A DNA stretch of 60,822 nt from Reclinomonas americana ATCC 50394 (lineage: Eukaryota). The stretch spans positions 7,629 through 68,450 of the forward strand of contig PS015019.1 of the NCBI GenBank assembly GCA_048213135.1, given 5' to 3'. Under the pieces are notes generated by a model. The model was not told the DNA's origin. It worked only from the letters and a program-made list of their open reading frames with translations, and did no database searches. The position numbers and the translations under genes are program-made. This document shows positions 60,677 to 60,822 of the stretch, one piece after another (the first letter of the stretch is position 1; each line of letters starts with the position of its first letter).

Positions 60677-60822
60677 TCGTGTGGAGGACGAGGAGCTTGC
60701 CATGTCGTGTGAGAAGGACAAGAAAATATCGCGTCTCCGTTCTCCTCTCGCGGGTGAATAAAAAAAGCTACGCTGTACTGAATGACAAGACAAATACATG
60801 ATGAGGGACGACAGACAGCACA

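Overview
Gene-dense, intron-rich nuclear DNA from a unicellular eukaryote. The assembly is a gapped draft with N gaps, some flipped contigs and one duplicated allele. The standard code and GT-AG introns (mostly about 50-110 nt) explain every gene model I could trace by hand. Genes in order: VPS13 (N-terminal contigs flipped and duplicated; PH domain and plant-type insert), a Myb/SANT + U-box-like protein (-), FEX fluoride exporter (+), twinfilin (+), mitochondrial enoyl-CoA hydratase (+), CDC23/APC8 (-), an XK-like multipass membrane protein (+), a dually acylated EF-hand protein (-), a 7TM-RGS protein (+), a type I membrane trypsin-fold pseudo-protease split by a long GGQQ/GGQQQ repeat (+), a coiled-coil protein (+), a large type II membrane protein with a tail-fibre-like beta stalk and a bacterial-type 7-repeat head (-), and a HARE-HTH + FYR chromatin protein (+). 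The two surface proteins are the most unusual objects. Also noted: decayed LRR-like and ankyrin-like relics in non-coding DNA, a recurrent GTTGCG splice donor, and candidate promoter motifs. All family calls come from motif recognition, not database searches.
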